From NCBI GenBank assembly GCA_043228905.1, contig JBHGNT010000145.1:2664-66663 (forward strand): a DNA stretch of 64,000 bases, in the 5' to 3' direction. This DNA is from Azolla caroliniana (Eukaryota; Plantae; Polypodiophyta). The translations under genes were made by a program, and so were the position numbers. Under the pieces are notes generated by a model that saw only the letters and a list, made by a program, of their open reading frames with translations, was not told where the DNA came from and did not search any database. Positions 13,301 through 26,400 of this stretch are shown here, one piece after another (the stretch's first letter is position 1; each line of letters starts with the position of its first letter).

Positions 13301-16300
13301 CCAAGTATGAACATTTTAATTTACTCAAGGCCTCCTTTGAACTCCCTCCTCATGTTTGCTAATTTCGTCGTGTCTCTCGACCTGAGTTTCAAAATCTTGA
13401 TTTTTTAATTCCATATTATCGATAGCGTTGTTAGCTTCGATTCGCATGTTTGAACACAAAAATCCGATATCACACTTGCTAGGTATGAACATTTTAATTT
13501 ACTCAAGGGCTCCTCTCAACTCACTCCTCAAATTTGGTAATTTCGTCATTTCTCTCGACCTGAGTTTCAAAATCTTGATTTTTTAATTCCATATCATAGC
13601 TAGCGTTGTTAGCTTCGATTCACATGTTTGAACACAAAAATCCGATATCACACTCGCTAGGTATGAACATTTTAATTTACTCAAGGGCTCCTCTCAACTC
13701 ACTCCTCATGTTTGCTAATTTCGTCATTTCTCTCGACCTGAGTTTCAAAATCTTGATTTTTTAACTCCATATCATAGCTAGCGTTGTTAGCTTCGATTCG
13801 CATGTTTGAACACAAAAATCCGATATCACACGAGCCAGGTATGAACATTTTAATTTACTCAAGGCCTCCTTTGAACTCCCTCCTCATGTTTGCTAATTTC
13901 GTCATGTCTCTCGACCTGAGTTTCAAAATCTTGATTTTTTAATTCCATATCATAGCTAGCGTTGTTAGCTTCGATTCGCATGTTTGAACACAAAAATCCG
14001 ATATCACACTCGCTAGGTATGAACATTTTAATTTACTCAAGGCCTCCTTTGAACTCTCTCCTCATGGTTGCTAATTTCGTCGTGTCTCTCGACCTGAGTT
14101 TCAAAATCTTGATTTTTTAATTCCATATTATCGATAGCGTTGTTAGCTTCGATTTGCATGTTTGAACACAAAAATCCGATATCACACGAGCCAGGTATGA
14201 ACATTTTAATTTACTCAAGGCCTCCTTTGAACTCCCTCCTCATGTTTGCTAATTTCGTCGTGTCTCTCGAACTGAGTTTCAAAATCTTGATTTTTTAATT
14301 CCATATCATAGCTAGCGTTGTTAGCTTCGATTCGCATGTTTGAACACAAAAATCCGATATCACACGAGCCAGGTATGAACATTTTAATTTACTCAAGGCC
14401 TCCTCTGAACTCCCTCCTCATGGTTGCTAATTTCGTCGTGTCTCTCGACCTGAGTTTCATAATCTTTATTTTTTAATTCCATTTCATAGCTAGCATTGTT
14501 AGCTTCGATTCGCATGTTTGAACACAAAAATCCGATATCACACGAGCCAGGTATGAACTATTTAATTTACTCAAGGCCTCCTTTGAACTCCCTCCTCATG
14601 TTTGCTAATTTCGTCATGTCTCTCGACCTGAGTTTCAAAATCTTGATTTTTTAATTCCATATCATAGCTAGCGTTGTTAGCTTCGATTCGCATGTTTGAA
14701 CACAAAAATCCGATATCACACGAGCCATGTATGAACATTTTAATTTACTCAAGGCCTCCTTTGAACTCCCTCCTCATGTTTGCTAATTTCGTCGTGTCTC
14801 TCGACCTGAGTTTCAAAATCTTGATTTTTTAATTCCATATCATAGCTAGCGTTGTTAGGTTCGATTCGCATGTTTGAACACAAAAATCCGATATCACACG
14901 AGCCAGATATGAACATTTTAATTTACCTACTAGCTCTTCCCAACTCACTCCTGAAATTTGGTAATTTCGTCATGTCTCTCGACCTGAGTTTCAAAATCTT
15001 GATTTTTTAATTCCATTTCATAGCTAGCGTTGTTAGCTTCGATTCGCATGTTTGAACACAAAAATCCGATATCACACTCGCTAGGTATGAACATTTTAAT
15101 TTACTCAAGGGCTCCTCTCAACTCACTCCTCATGTTTGCTAATTTCGTCATTTCTCTCGACCTGAGTTTCAAATTCTTGATTTTTTAACTCCATATCATA
15201 GCTAGCGTTGTTAGCTTCGATTCGCATGTTTGAACACAAAAATCCGATATCACACGAGCCAGGTATGAACATTTTAATTTACTCAAGGCCTCCTTTGAAC
15301 TCCCTCCTCATGTTTGCTAATTTCGTCATGTCTCTCGACCTGAGTTTCAAAATCTTGATTTTTTAATTCCATATCATAGCTAGCGTTGTTAGCTTCGATT
15401 CGCATGTTTGAACACAAAAATCCGATATCACACTCGCCAGGTATGAACATTTTAATTTACTCAAGGCCTCCTTTGAACTCCCTCCTCATGGTTGCTAATT
15501 TCGTCGTGTCTCTCGACCTGAGTTTCAAAATCTGGATTTTTTAATTCCATATTATCGATAGCGTTGTTAGCTTCGATTTGCATGTTTGAACACAAAAATC
15601 CGATATCACACGAGCCAGGTATGAACATTTTAATTTACTCAAGGCCTCCTTTGAACTCCCTCCTCATGTTTGCTAATTTCGTCGTGTCTCTCGAACTGAG
15701 TTTCAAAATCTTGATTTTTTAATTCCATATCATAGCTAGCGTTGTTAGCTTCGATTCGCATGTTTGAACACAAAAATCCGATATCACACGAGCCAGGTAT
15801 GAACATTTTAATTTACTCAAGGCCTCCTCTGAACTCCCTCCTCATGGTTGCTAATTTCGTCGTGTCTCTCGACCTGAGTTTCATAATCTTTATTTTTTAA
15901 TTCCATTTCATAGCTAGCATTGTTAGCTTCGATTCGCATGTTTGAACACAAAAATCCGATATCACACGAGCCAGGTATGAACTATTTAATTTACTCAAGG
16001 CCTCCTTTGAACTCCCTCCTCATGTTTGCTAATTTCGTCATGTCTCTCGACCTGAGTTTCAAAATCTTGATTTTTTAATTCCATATCATAGCTAGCGTTG
16101 TTAGCTTCGATTCGCATGTTTGAACACAAAAATCCGATATCACACGAGCCATGTATGAACATTTTAATTTACTCAAGGCCTCCTTTGAACTCCCTCCTCA
16201 TGTTTGCTAATTTCGTCGTGTCTCTCGACCTGAGTTTCAAAATCTTGATTTTTTAATTCCATATCATAGCTAGCGTTGTTAGGTTCGATTCGCATGTTTG

Positions 16301-19300
16301 AACACAAAAATCCGATATCACACGAGCCAGATATGAACATTTTAATTTACCTACTAGCTCTTCCCAACTCACTCCTGAAATTTGGTAATTTCGTCATGTC
16401 TCTCGACCTGAGTTTCAAAATCTTGATTTTTTAATTCCATTTCATAGCTAGCGTTGTTAGCTTCGATTCGCATGTTTGAACACAAAAATCCGATATCACA
16501 CTCGCTAGGTATGAACATTTTAATTTACTCAAGGGCTCCTCTCAACTCACTCCTCATGTTTGCTAATTTCGTCATTTCTCTCGACCTGAGTTTCAAATTC
16601 TTGATTTTTTAACTCCATATCATAGCTAGCGTTGTTAGCTTCGATTCGCATGTTTGAACACAAAAATCCGATATCACACGAGCCAGGTATGAACATTTTA
16701 ATTTACTCAAGGCCTCCTTTGAACTCCCTCCTCATGTTTGCTAATTTCGTCATGTCTCTCGACCTGAGTTTCAAAATCTTGATTTTTTAATTCCATATCA
16801 TAGCTAGCGTTGTTAGCTTCGATTCGCATGTTTGAACACAAAAATCCGATATCACACTCGCCAGGTATGAACATTTTAATTTACTCAAGGCCTCCTTTGA
16901 ACTCCCTCCTCATGGTTGCTAATTTCGTCGTGTCTCTCGACCTGAGTTTCAAAATCTGGATTTTTTAATTCCATATTATCGATAGCGTTGTTAGCTTCGA
17001 TTTGCATGTTTGAACACAAAAATCCGATATCACACGAGCCAGGTATGAACATTTTAATTTACTCAAGGCCTCCTTTGAACTCCCTCCTCATGTTTGCTAA
17101 TTTCGTCGTGTCTCTCGAACTGAGTTTCAAAATCTTGATTTTTTAATTCCATATCATAGCTAGCGTTGTTAGCTTCGATTCGCATGTTTGAACACAAAAA
17201 TCCGATATCACACGAGCCAGGTATGAACATTTTAATTTACTCAAGGCCTCCTCTGAACTCCCTCCTCATGGTTGCTAATTTCGTCGTGTCTCTCGACCTG
17301 AGTTTCATAATCTTTATTTTTTAATTCCATTTCATAGCTAGCATTGTTAGCTTCGATTCGCATGTTTGAACACAAAAATCCGATATCACACGAGCCAGGT
17401 ATGAACTATTTAATTTACTCAAGGCCTCCTTTGAACTCCCTCCTCATGTTTGCTAATTTCGTCATGTCTCTCGACCTGAGTTTCAAAATCTTGATTTTTT
17501 AATTCCATATCATAGCTAGCGTTGTTAGCTTCGATTCGCATGTTTGAACACAAAAATCCGATATCACACGAGCCATGTATGAACATTTTAATTTACTCAA
17601 GGCCTCCTTTGAACTCCCTCCTCATGTTTGCTAATTTCGTCGTGTCTCTCGACCTGAGTTTCAAAATCTTGATTTTTTAATTCCATATCATAGCTAGCGT
17701 TGTTAGGTTCGATTCGCATGTTTGAACACAAAAATCCGATATCACACGAGCCAGATATGAACATTTTAATTTACCTACTAGCTCTTCCCAACTCACTCCT
17801 GAAATTTGGTAATTTCGTCATGTCTCTCGACCTGAGTTTCAAAATCTTGATTTTTTAATTCCATTTCATAGCTAGCGTTGTTAGCTTCGATTCGCATGTT
17901 TGAACACAAAAATCCGATATCACACTCGCTAGGTATGAACATTTTAATTTACTCAAGGGCTCCTCTCAACTCACTCCTCATGTTTGCTAATTTCGTCATT
18001 TCTCTCGACCTGAGTTTCAAATTCTTGATTTTTTAACTCCATATCATAGCTAGCGTTGTTAGCTTCGATTCGCATGTTTGAACACAAAAATCCGATATCA
18101 CACGAGCCAGGTATGAACATTTTAATTTACTCAAGGCCTCCTTTGAACTCCCTCCTCATGTTTGCTAATTTCGTCATGTCTCTCGACCTGAGTTTCAAAA
18201 TCTTGATTTTTTAATTCCATATCATAGCTAGCGTTGTTAGCTTCGATTCGCATGTTTGAACACAAAAATCCGATATCACACTCGCCAGGTATGAACATTT
18301 TAATTTACTCAAGGCCTCCTTTGAACTCCCTCCTCATGGTTGCTAATTTCGTCGTGTCTCTCGACCTGAGTTTCAAAATCTGGATTTTTTAATTCCATAT
18401 TATCGATAGCGTTGTTAGCTTCGATTTGCATGTTTGAACACAAAAATCCGATATCACACGAGCCAGGTATGAACATTTTAATTTACTCAAGGCCTCCTTT
18501 GAACTCCCTCCTCATGTTTGCTAATTTCGTCGTGTCTCTCGAACTGAGTTTCAAAATCTTGATTTTTTAATTCCATATCATAGCTAGCGTTGTTAGCTTC
18601 GATTCGCATGTTTGAACACAAAAATCCGATATCACACGAGCCAGGTATGAACATTTTAATTTACTCAAGGCCTCCTCTGAACTCCCTCCTCATGGTTGCT
18701 AATTTCGTCGTGTCTCTCGACCTGAGTTTCATAATCTTTATTTTTTAATTCCATTTCATAGCTAGCATTGTTAGCTTCGATTCGCATGTTTGAACACAAA
18801 AATCCGATATCACACGAGCCAGGTATGAACTATTTAATTTACTCAAGGCCTCCTTTGAACTCCCTCCTCATGTTTGCTAATTTCGTCATGTCTCTCGACC
18901 TGAGTTTCAAAATCTTGATTTTTTAATTCCATATCATAGCTAGCGTTGTTAGCTTCGATTCGCATGTTTGAACACAAAAATCCGATATCACACGAGCCAA
19001 GTATGAACATTTTAATTTACTCAAGGCCTCCTTTGAACTCCCTCCTCATGTTTGCTAATTTCGTCATGTCTCTCGACCTGAGTTTCAAAATCTTGATTTT
19101 TTAATTCCATATTATCGATAGCGTTGTTAGCTTCAATTCGCATGTTTGAACACAAAAATCCGATATCACACTTGCTAGGTATGAACATTTTAATTTACTC
19201 AAGGGCTCCTCTCAACTCACTCCTCAAATTTGGTAATTTCGTCATTTCTCTCGACCTGAGTTTCAAAATCTTGATTTTTTAATTCCATATCATAGCTAGC

Positions 19301-22300
19301 GTTGTTAGCTTCGATTCACATGTTTGAACACAAAAATCCGATATCACACTCGCTAGGTATGAACATTTTAATTTACTCAAGGGCTCCTCTCAACTCACTC
19401 CTCATGTTTGCTAATTTCGTCATTTCTCTCGACCTGAGTTTCAAAATCTTGATTTTTTAACTCCATATCATAGCTAGCGTTGTTAGCTTCGATTCGCATG
19501 TTTGAACACAAAAATCCGATATCACACGAGCCAGGTATGAACATTTTAATTTACTCAAGGCCTCCTTTGAACTCCCTCCTCATGTTTGCTAATTTCGTCA
19601 TGTCTCTCGACCTGAGTTTCAAAATCTTGATTTTTTAATTCCATATCATAGCTAGCGTTGTTAGCTTCGATTCGCATGTTTGAACACAAAAATCCGATAT
19701 CACACTCGCTAGGTATGAACATTTTAATTTACTCAAGGCCTCCTTTGAACTCTCTCCTCATGGTTGCTAATTTCGTCGTGTCTCTCGACCTGAGTTTCAA
19801 AATCTTGATTTTTTAATTCCATATTATCGATAGCGTTGTTAGCTTCGATTTGCATGTTTGAACACAAAAATCCGATATCACACGAGCCAGGTATGAACAT
19901 TTTAATTTACTCAAGGCCTCCTTTGAACTCCCTCCTCATGTTTGCTAATTTCGTCGTGTCTCTCGAACTGAGTTTCAAAATCTTGATTTTTTAATTCCAT
20001 ATCATAGCTAGCGTTGTTAGCTTCGATTCGCATGTTTGAACACAAAAATCCGATATCACACGAGCCAGGTATGAACATTTTAATTTACTCAAGGCCTCCT
20101 CTGAACTCCCTCCTCATGGTTGCTAATTTCGTCGTGTCTCTCGACCTGAGTTTCATAATCTTTATTTTTTAATTCCATTTCATAGCTAGCATTGTTAGCT
20201 TCGATTCGCATGTTTGAACACAAAAATCCGATATCACACGAGCCAGGTATGAACTATTTAATTTACTCAAGGCCTCCTTTGAACTCCCTCCTCATGTTTG
20301 CTAATTTCGTCATGTCTCTCGACCTGAGTTTCAAAATCTTGATTTTTTAATTCCATATCATAGCTAGCGTTGTTAGCTTCGATTCGCATGTTTGAACACA
20401 AAAATCCGATATCACACGAGCCATGTATGAACATTTTAATTTACTCAAGGCCTCCTTTGAACTCCCTCCTCATGTTTGCTAATTTCGTCGTGTCTCTCGA
20501 CCTGAGTTTCAAAATCTTGATTTTTTAATTCCATATCATAGCTAGCGTTGTTAGGTTCGATTCGCATGTTTGAACACAAAAATCCGATATCACACGAGCC
20601 AGATATGAACATTTTAATTTACCTACTAGCTCTTCCCAACTCACTCCTGAAATTTGGTAATTTCGTCATGTCTCTCGACCTGAGTTTCAAAATCTTGATT
20701 TTTTAATTCCATTTCATAGCTAGCGTTGTTAGCTTCGATTCGCATGTTTGAACACAAAAATCCGATATCACACTCGCTAGGTATGAACATTTTAATTTAC
20801 TCAAGGGCTCCTCTCAACTCACTCCTCATGTTTGCTAATTTCGTCATTTCTCTCGACCTGAGTTTCAAATTCTTGATTTTTTAACTCCATATCATAGCTA
20901 GCGTTGTTAGCTTCGATTCGCATGTTTGAACACAAAAATCCGATATCACACGAGCCAGGTATGAACATTTTAATTTACTCAAGGCCTCCTTTGAACTCCC
21001 TCCTCATGTTTGCTAATTTCGTCATGTCTCTCGACCTGAGTTTCAAAATCTTGATTTTTTAATTCCATATCATAGCTAGCGTTGTTAGCTTCGATTCGCA
21101 TGTTTGAACACAAAAATCCGATATCACACTCGCCAGGTATGAACATTTTAATTTACTCAAGGCCTCCTTTGAACTCCCTCCTCATGGTTGCTAATTTCGT
21201 CGTGTCTCTCGACCTGAGTTTCAAAATCTGGATTTTTTAATTCCATATTATCGATAGCGTTGTTAGCTTCGATTTGCATGTTTGAACACAAAAATCCGAT
21301 ATCACACGAGCCAGGTATGAACATTTTAATTTACTCAAGGCCTCCTTTGAACTCCCTCCTCATGTTTGCTAATTTCGTCGTGTCTCTCGAACTGAGTTTC
21401 AAAATCTTGATTTTTTAATTCCATATCATAGCTAGCGTTGTTAGCTTCGATTCGCATGTTTGAACACAAAAATCCGATATCACACGAGCCAGGTATGAAC
21501 ATTTTAATTTACTCAAGGCCTCCTCTGAACTCCCTCCTCATGGTTGCTAATTTCGTCGTGTCTCTCGACCTGAGTTTCATAATCTTTATTTTTTAATTCC
21601 ATTTCATAGCTAGCATTGTTAGCTTCGATTCGCATGTTTGAACACAAAAATCCGATATCACACGAGCCAGGTATGAACTATTTAATTTACTCAAGGCCTC
21701 CTTTGAACTCCCTCCTCATGTTTGCTAATTTCGTCATGTCTCTCGACCTGAGTTTCAAAATCTTGATTTTTTAATTCCATATCATAGCTAGCGTTGTTAG
21801 CTTCGATTCGCATGTTTGAACACAAAAATCCGATATCACACGAGCCAAGTATGAACATTTTAATTTACTCAAGGCCTCCTTTGAACTCCCTCCTCATGTT
21901 TGCTAATTTCGTCATGTCTCTCGACCTGAGTTTCAAAATCATGATTTTTTAATTCCATATTATCGATAGCGTTGTTAGCTTCGATTCGCATGTTTGAACA
22001 CAAAAATCCGATATCACACTCGCTAGGTATGAACATTTTAATTTACTTAAGGGCTCCTCTCAACTCACTCCTCAAATTTGGTAATTTCGTCATTTCTCTC
22101 GACCTGAGTTTCAAAATCTTGATTTTTTAATTCCATATCATAGCTAGCGTTGTTAGCTTCGATTCGCATGTTTGAACACAAAAATCCGATATCACACTCG
22201 CTAGGTATGAACATTTTAATTTACTCAAGGGCTCCTTTGAACTCCCTCCTCATGTTTGCTAATTTCGTCATGTCTCTCGACTTGAGTTTCAAATTCTTGA

Positions 22301-23400
22301 TTTTTTAACTCCATATCATAGCTAGCGTTGTTAGCTTCGATTCGCATGTTTGAACACAAAAATCCGATATCACACGAGCCAGGTATGAACATTTTAATTT
22401 ACTCAAGGCCTCCTTTGAACTCCCTCCTCATGTTTGCTAATTTCGTCCTGTCTCTCGACCTGAGTTTCAAAATCTTGATTTTTTAATTCCATATCATAGC
22501 TAGCGTTGTTAGCTTCGATTCGCATGTTTGAACACAAAAATCCGATATCACACTCGCCAGGTATGAACATTTTAATTTACTCAAGGCCTCCTTTGAACTC
22601 TCTCCTCATGGTTGCTAATTTCGTCGTGTCTCTCGAACTGAGTTTCAAAATCTTGATTTTTTAATTCCATATTATCGATAGCGTTGTTAGCTTCGATTTG
22701 CATGTTTGAACACAAAAATCCGATATCACACGAGCCAGGTATGAACATTTTAATTTACTCAAGGCCTCCTTTGAACTCCCTCCTCATGTTTGCTAATTTC
22801 GTCGTGTCTCTCGAACTGAGTTTCAAAATCTTGATTTTTTAATTCCATATCATAGCTAGCGTTGTTAGCTTCGATTCGCATGTTTGAACACAAAAATCCG
22901 ATATCACACGAGCCAGGTATGAACATTTTAATTTACTCAAGGCCTCCTCTGAACTCCCTCCTCATGGTTGCTAATTTCGTCGTGTCTCTCGACCTGAGTT
23001 TCATAATCTTTATTTTTTAATTCCATTTCATAGCTAGCATTGTTAGCTTCGATTCGCATGTTTGAACACAAAAATCCGATATCACACGAGCCAGGTATGA
23101 ACTATTTAATTTACTCAAGGCCTCCTTTGAACTCCCTCCTCATGTTTGCTAATTTCGTCATGTCTCTCGACCTGAGTTTCAAAATCTTGATTTTTTAATT
23201 CCATATCATAGCTAGCGTTGTTAGCTTCGATTCGCATGTTTGAACACAAAGATCCGATATCACACGAGCCATGTATGAACATTTTAATTTACTCAAGGCC
23301 TCCTTTGAACTCCCTCCTCATGTTTGCTAATTTCGTCATGTCTCTCGACCTGAGTTTCAAAATCATGATTTTTTAATTCCATATTATAGATAGCGTTGTT
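4300..23400. repeat. 8-monomer (1424-bp) higher-order repeat region with two HOR variants
   Basis: Marker TCATAATCTTTATTTTTT is at 4311, 5735, 7337, 8761, 10185, 11609, 13033, 14457, 15881, 17305, 18729, 20153, 21577 and 23001. Spacing is 1424, except one 1602 (9-mer) step. Confidence 0.92.
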
Positions 23401-26400
23401 AGCTTCGATTCGCATGTTTGAACACAAAAATCCGATATCACACGAGCCAGGTATGAACATTTTAATTTACTCAAGGCCTCCTTTGAACTCCCTCCTCAAA
23501 TTTGTTAATTTCGTCATTTCTCTCGACCTGAGTTTCAAAATCTTGATTTTTTAACTCCATATCATAGCTAGCGTTGTTAGCTTCGATTCGCATGTTTGAA
23601 CACAAAAATGCGATATCACACTCGCCAGGTATGAACATTTTAATTTACTCAAGGCCTCCTTTGAACTCCCTCCTCATGTTTGCTAATTTCGTCATGTCTC
23701 TCGACCTGAGTTTCGAAATCTTGATTTTTTAATTCCATATCATAGCTAGCGTTGTTAGGTTCGATTCGCATGTTTGAACACAAAAATCCGATATCACACG
23801 AGCCAGATATGAACATTTTAATTTACCTACTAGCTCTTCCCAACTCCCTCCTCATGTTCGCTAATTTCGTCATGTCTCTCGACCTGAGTTTCAAAATCTT
23901 GATTTTTTAATTCCATATCATAGCTAGCGTTGTTAGCTTCGATTCGCATGTTAGAACACAAAAATCCGATATCACACGAGCTAGGTATGAACATTTTAAT
24001 TTACTCAAGGCCTCTTGTGAACTCCCTCCTCATGTTTGCTAATTTCGTCATGTCGCTCGACTTGAGTTTCAAAATATTGATTTTTTAATTTCATATCATA
24101 GCTAGCGTTGTTAACTTCGATTCGTATGTTTGTACACAAAAATCCGATATCACACTAGCCAGATATGAACATTTTAAATTACCTACTAGCTCTTCGCAAC
24201 TCACTCCTCAAACTTGGTAATTTCGTCATGTCTCTCGACCTGAGTTTCAAAATCTTGATTTATTAACTCCATATCATAGCTAGCGTTGTTAGCTTCGATT
24301 CCCATGTTTGAACACAAAAATCCGATATCACACTCGCAAGGTATGAACATTTTAATTTACTCAAGGCCTCCTCTGAACTCCCTCCTCATGTTTGCAAATT
24401 TCGTCATGTCTCTCGACCTGAGTTTCAAAATCTTGATTTTTTAAATCCATATCATAGCTAGCGTTGTTAGCTTGGATTCGCATGTTTGAACACAAAAATC
24501 CAATATCACACGAGCCAGATATGAACATTTTAATTTACCTACTAGCTCTTCCCAACTCACTCCTCAAATTTGGTAATTTCGTCATGTCTCTCGACTTGAG
24601 TTTCAAAATCTTGATTTATTAACTCCATATCATAGCTAGCGTTGTTAGCTTCGATTCCCATGTTTGAACACAAAAATCCGATATCACACGAGCAAGGTAT
24701 GAACATTTTAATTTACTCAAGGCCTCCTCTGAACTCCCTCCTCATGTTTGCAAATTTCGTGATGTCTCTCGACCTGAGTTTCAAAATCTTGATTTTTTAA
24801 ATCCATATCATAGCTAGCGTTGTTAGCTTCGATTCGCATGTTTGAACACAAAAATCCAATATCACACGAGCCAGATATGAACATTTTAATTTACCTACTA
24901 GCTCTTCCCAACTCACTCCTCAAATTTGGTAATTTCGTCATTTCTCTCGACCTGAGTTTCAAAATCTTGATTTTTTAACTCCATTTCATAGCTAGCGTTG
25001 TTAGCTAATTTACTCAAGGCCTCCTCTGAACTCCCTCCTCATGTTTGCTAATTTCGTCATGTCTCTCGACGTGAGTTTCAAAATCTTGATTTTTTAATTA
25101 CATATTATCGATAGCGTTGTTAGCTTCGATTTGCATGTTTGAACACAAAAATCCGATATCACACGAGCCAGGTATGAACATTTTAATTTACTCAAGGCCT
25201 CCTTTGAACTCCCTCCTCATGTTTGCTAATTTCGTCATGTCTCTCGACCTGAGTTTCAAAATCTTGATTTTTTAATTCCATATCATAGCTAGCGTTGTTA
25301 GCTTCGATTCGCATGTTTGAACACAAAAATCCGATATCACACTCGCCAGGTATGAACATTTTAATTTACTCAAGGCCTCCTTTGAACTCCCTCCTCATGG
25401 TTGCTAATTTCGTCGTGTCTCTCGACCTGAGTTTCAAAATCTGGATTTTTTAATTCCATATTATCGATAGCGTTGTTAGCTTCGATTTGCATGTTTGAAC
25501 ACAAAAATCCGATATCACACGAGCCAGGTATGAACATTTTAATTTACTCAAGGCCTCCTTTGAACTCCCTCCTCATGTTTGCTAATTTCGTCGTGTCTCT
25601 CGAACTGAGTTTCAAAATCTTGATTTTTTAATTCCATATCATAGCTAGCGTTGTTAGCTTCGATTCGCATGTTTGAACACAAAAATCCGATATCACACGA
25701 GCCAGGTATGAACATTTTAATTTACTCAAGGCCTCCTCTGAACTCCCTCCTCATGGTTGCTAATTTCGTCGTGTCTCTCGACCTGAGTTTCATAATCTTT
25801 ATTTTTTAATTCCATTTCATAGCTAGCATTGTTAGCTTCGATTCGCATGTTTGAACACAAAAATCCGATATCACACGAGCCAGGTATGAACTATTTAATT
25901 TACTCAAGGCCTCCTTTGAACTCCCTCCTCATGTTTGCTAATTTCGTCATGTCTCTCGACCTGAGTTTCAAAATCTTGATTTTTTAATTCCATATCATAG
26001 CTAGCGTTGTTAGCTTCGATTCGCATGTTTGAACACAAAAATCCGATATCACACGAGCCAAGTATGAACATTTTAATTTACTCAAGGCCTCCTTTGAACT
26101 CCCTCCTCATGTTTGCTAATTTCGTCATGTCTCTCGACCTGAGTTTCAAAATCATGATTTTTTAATTCCATATTATCGATAGCGTTGTTAGCTTCGATTC
26201 GCATGTTTGAACACAAAAATCCGATATCACACTCGCTAGGTATGAACATTTTAATTTACTTAAGGGCTCCTCTCAACTCACTCCTCAAATTTGGTAATTT
26301 CGTCATTTCTCTCGACCTGAGTTTCAAAATCTTGATTTTTTAATTCCATATCATAGCTAGCGTTGTTAGCTTCGATTCGCATGTTTGAACACAAAAATCC

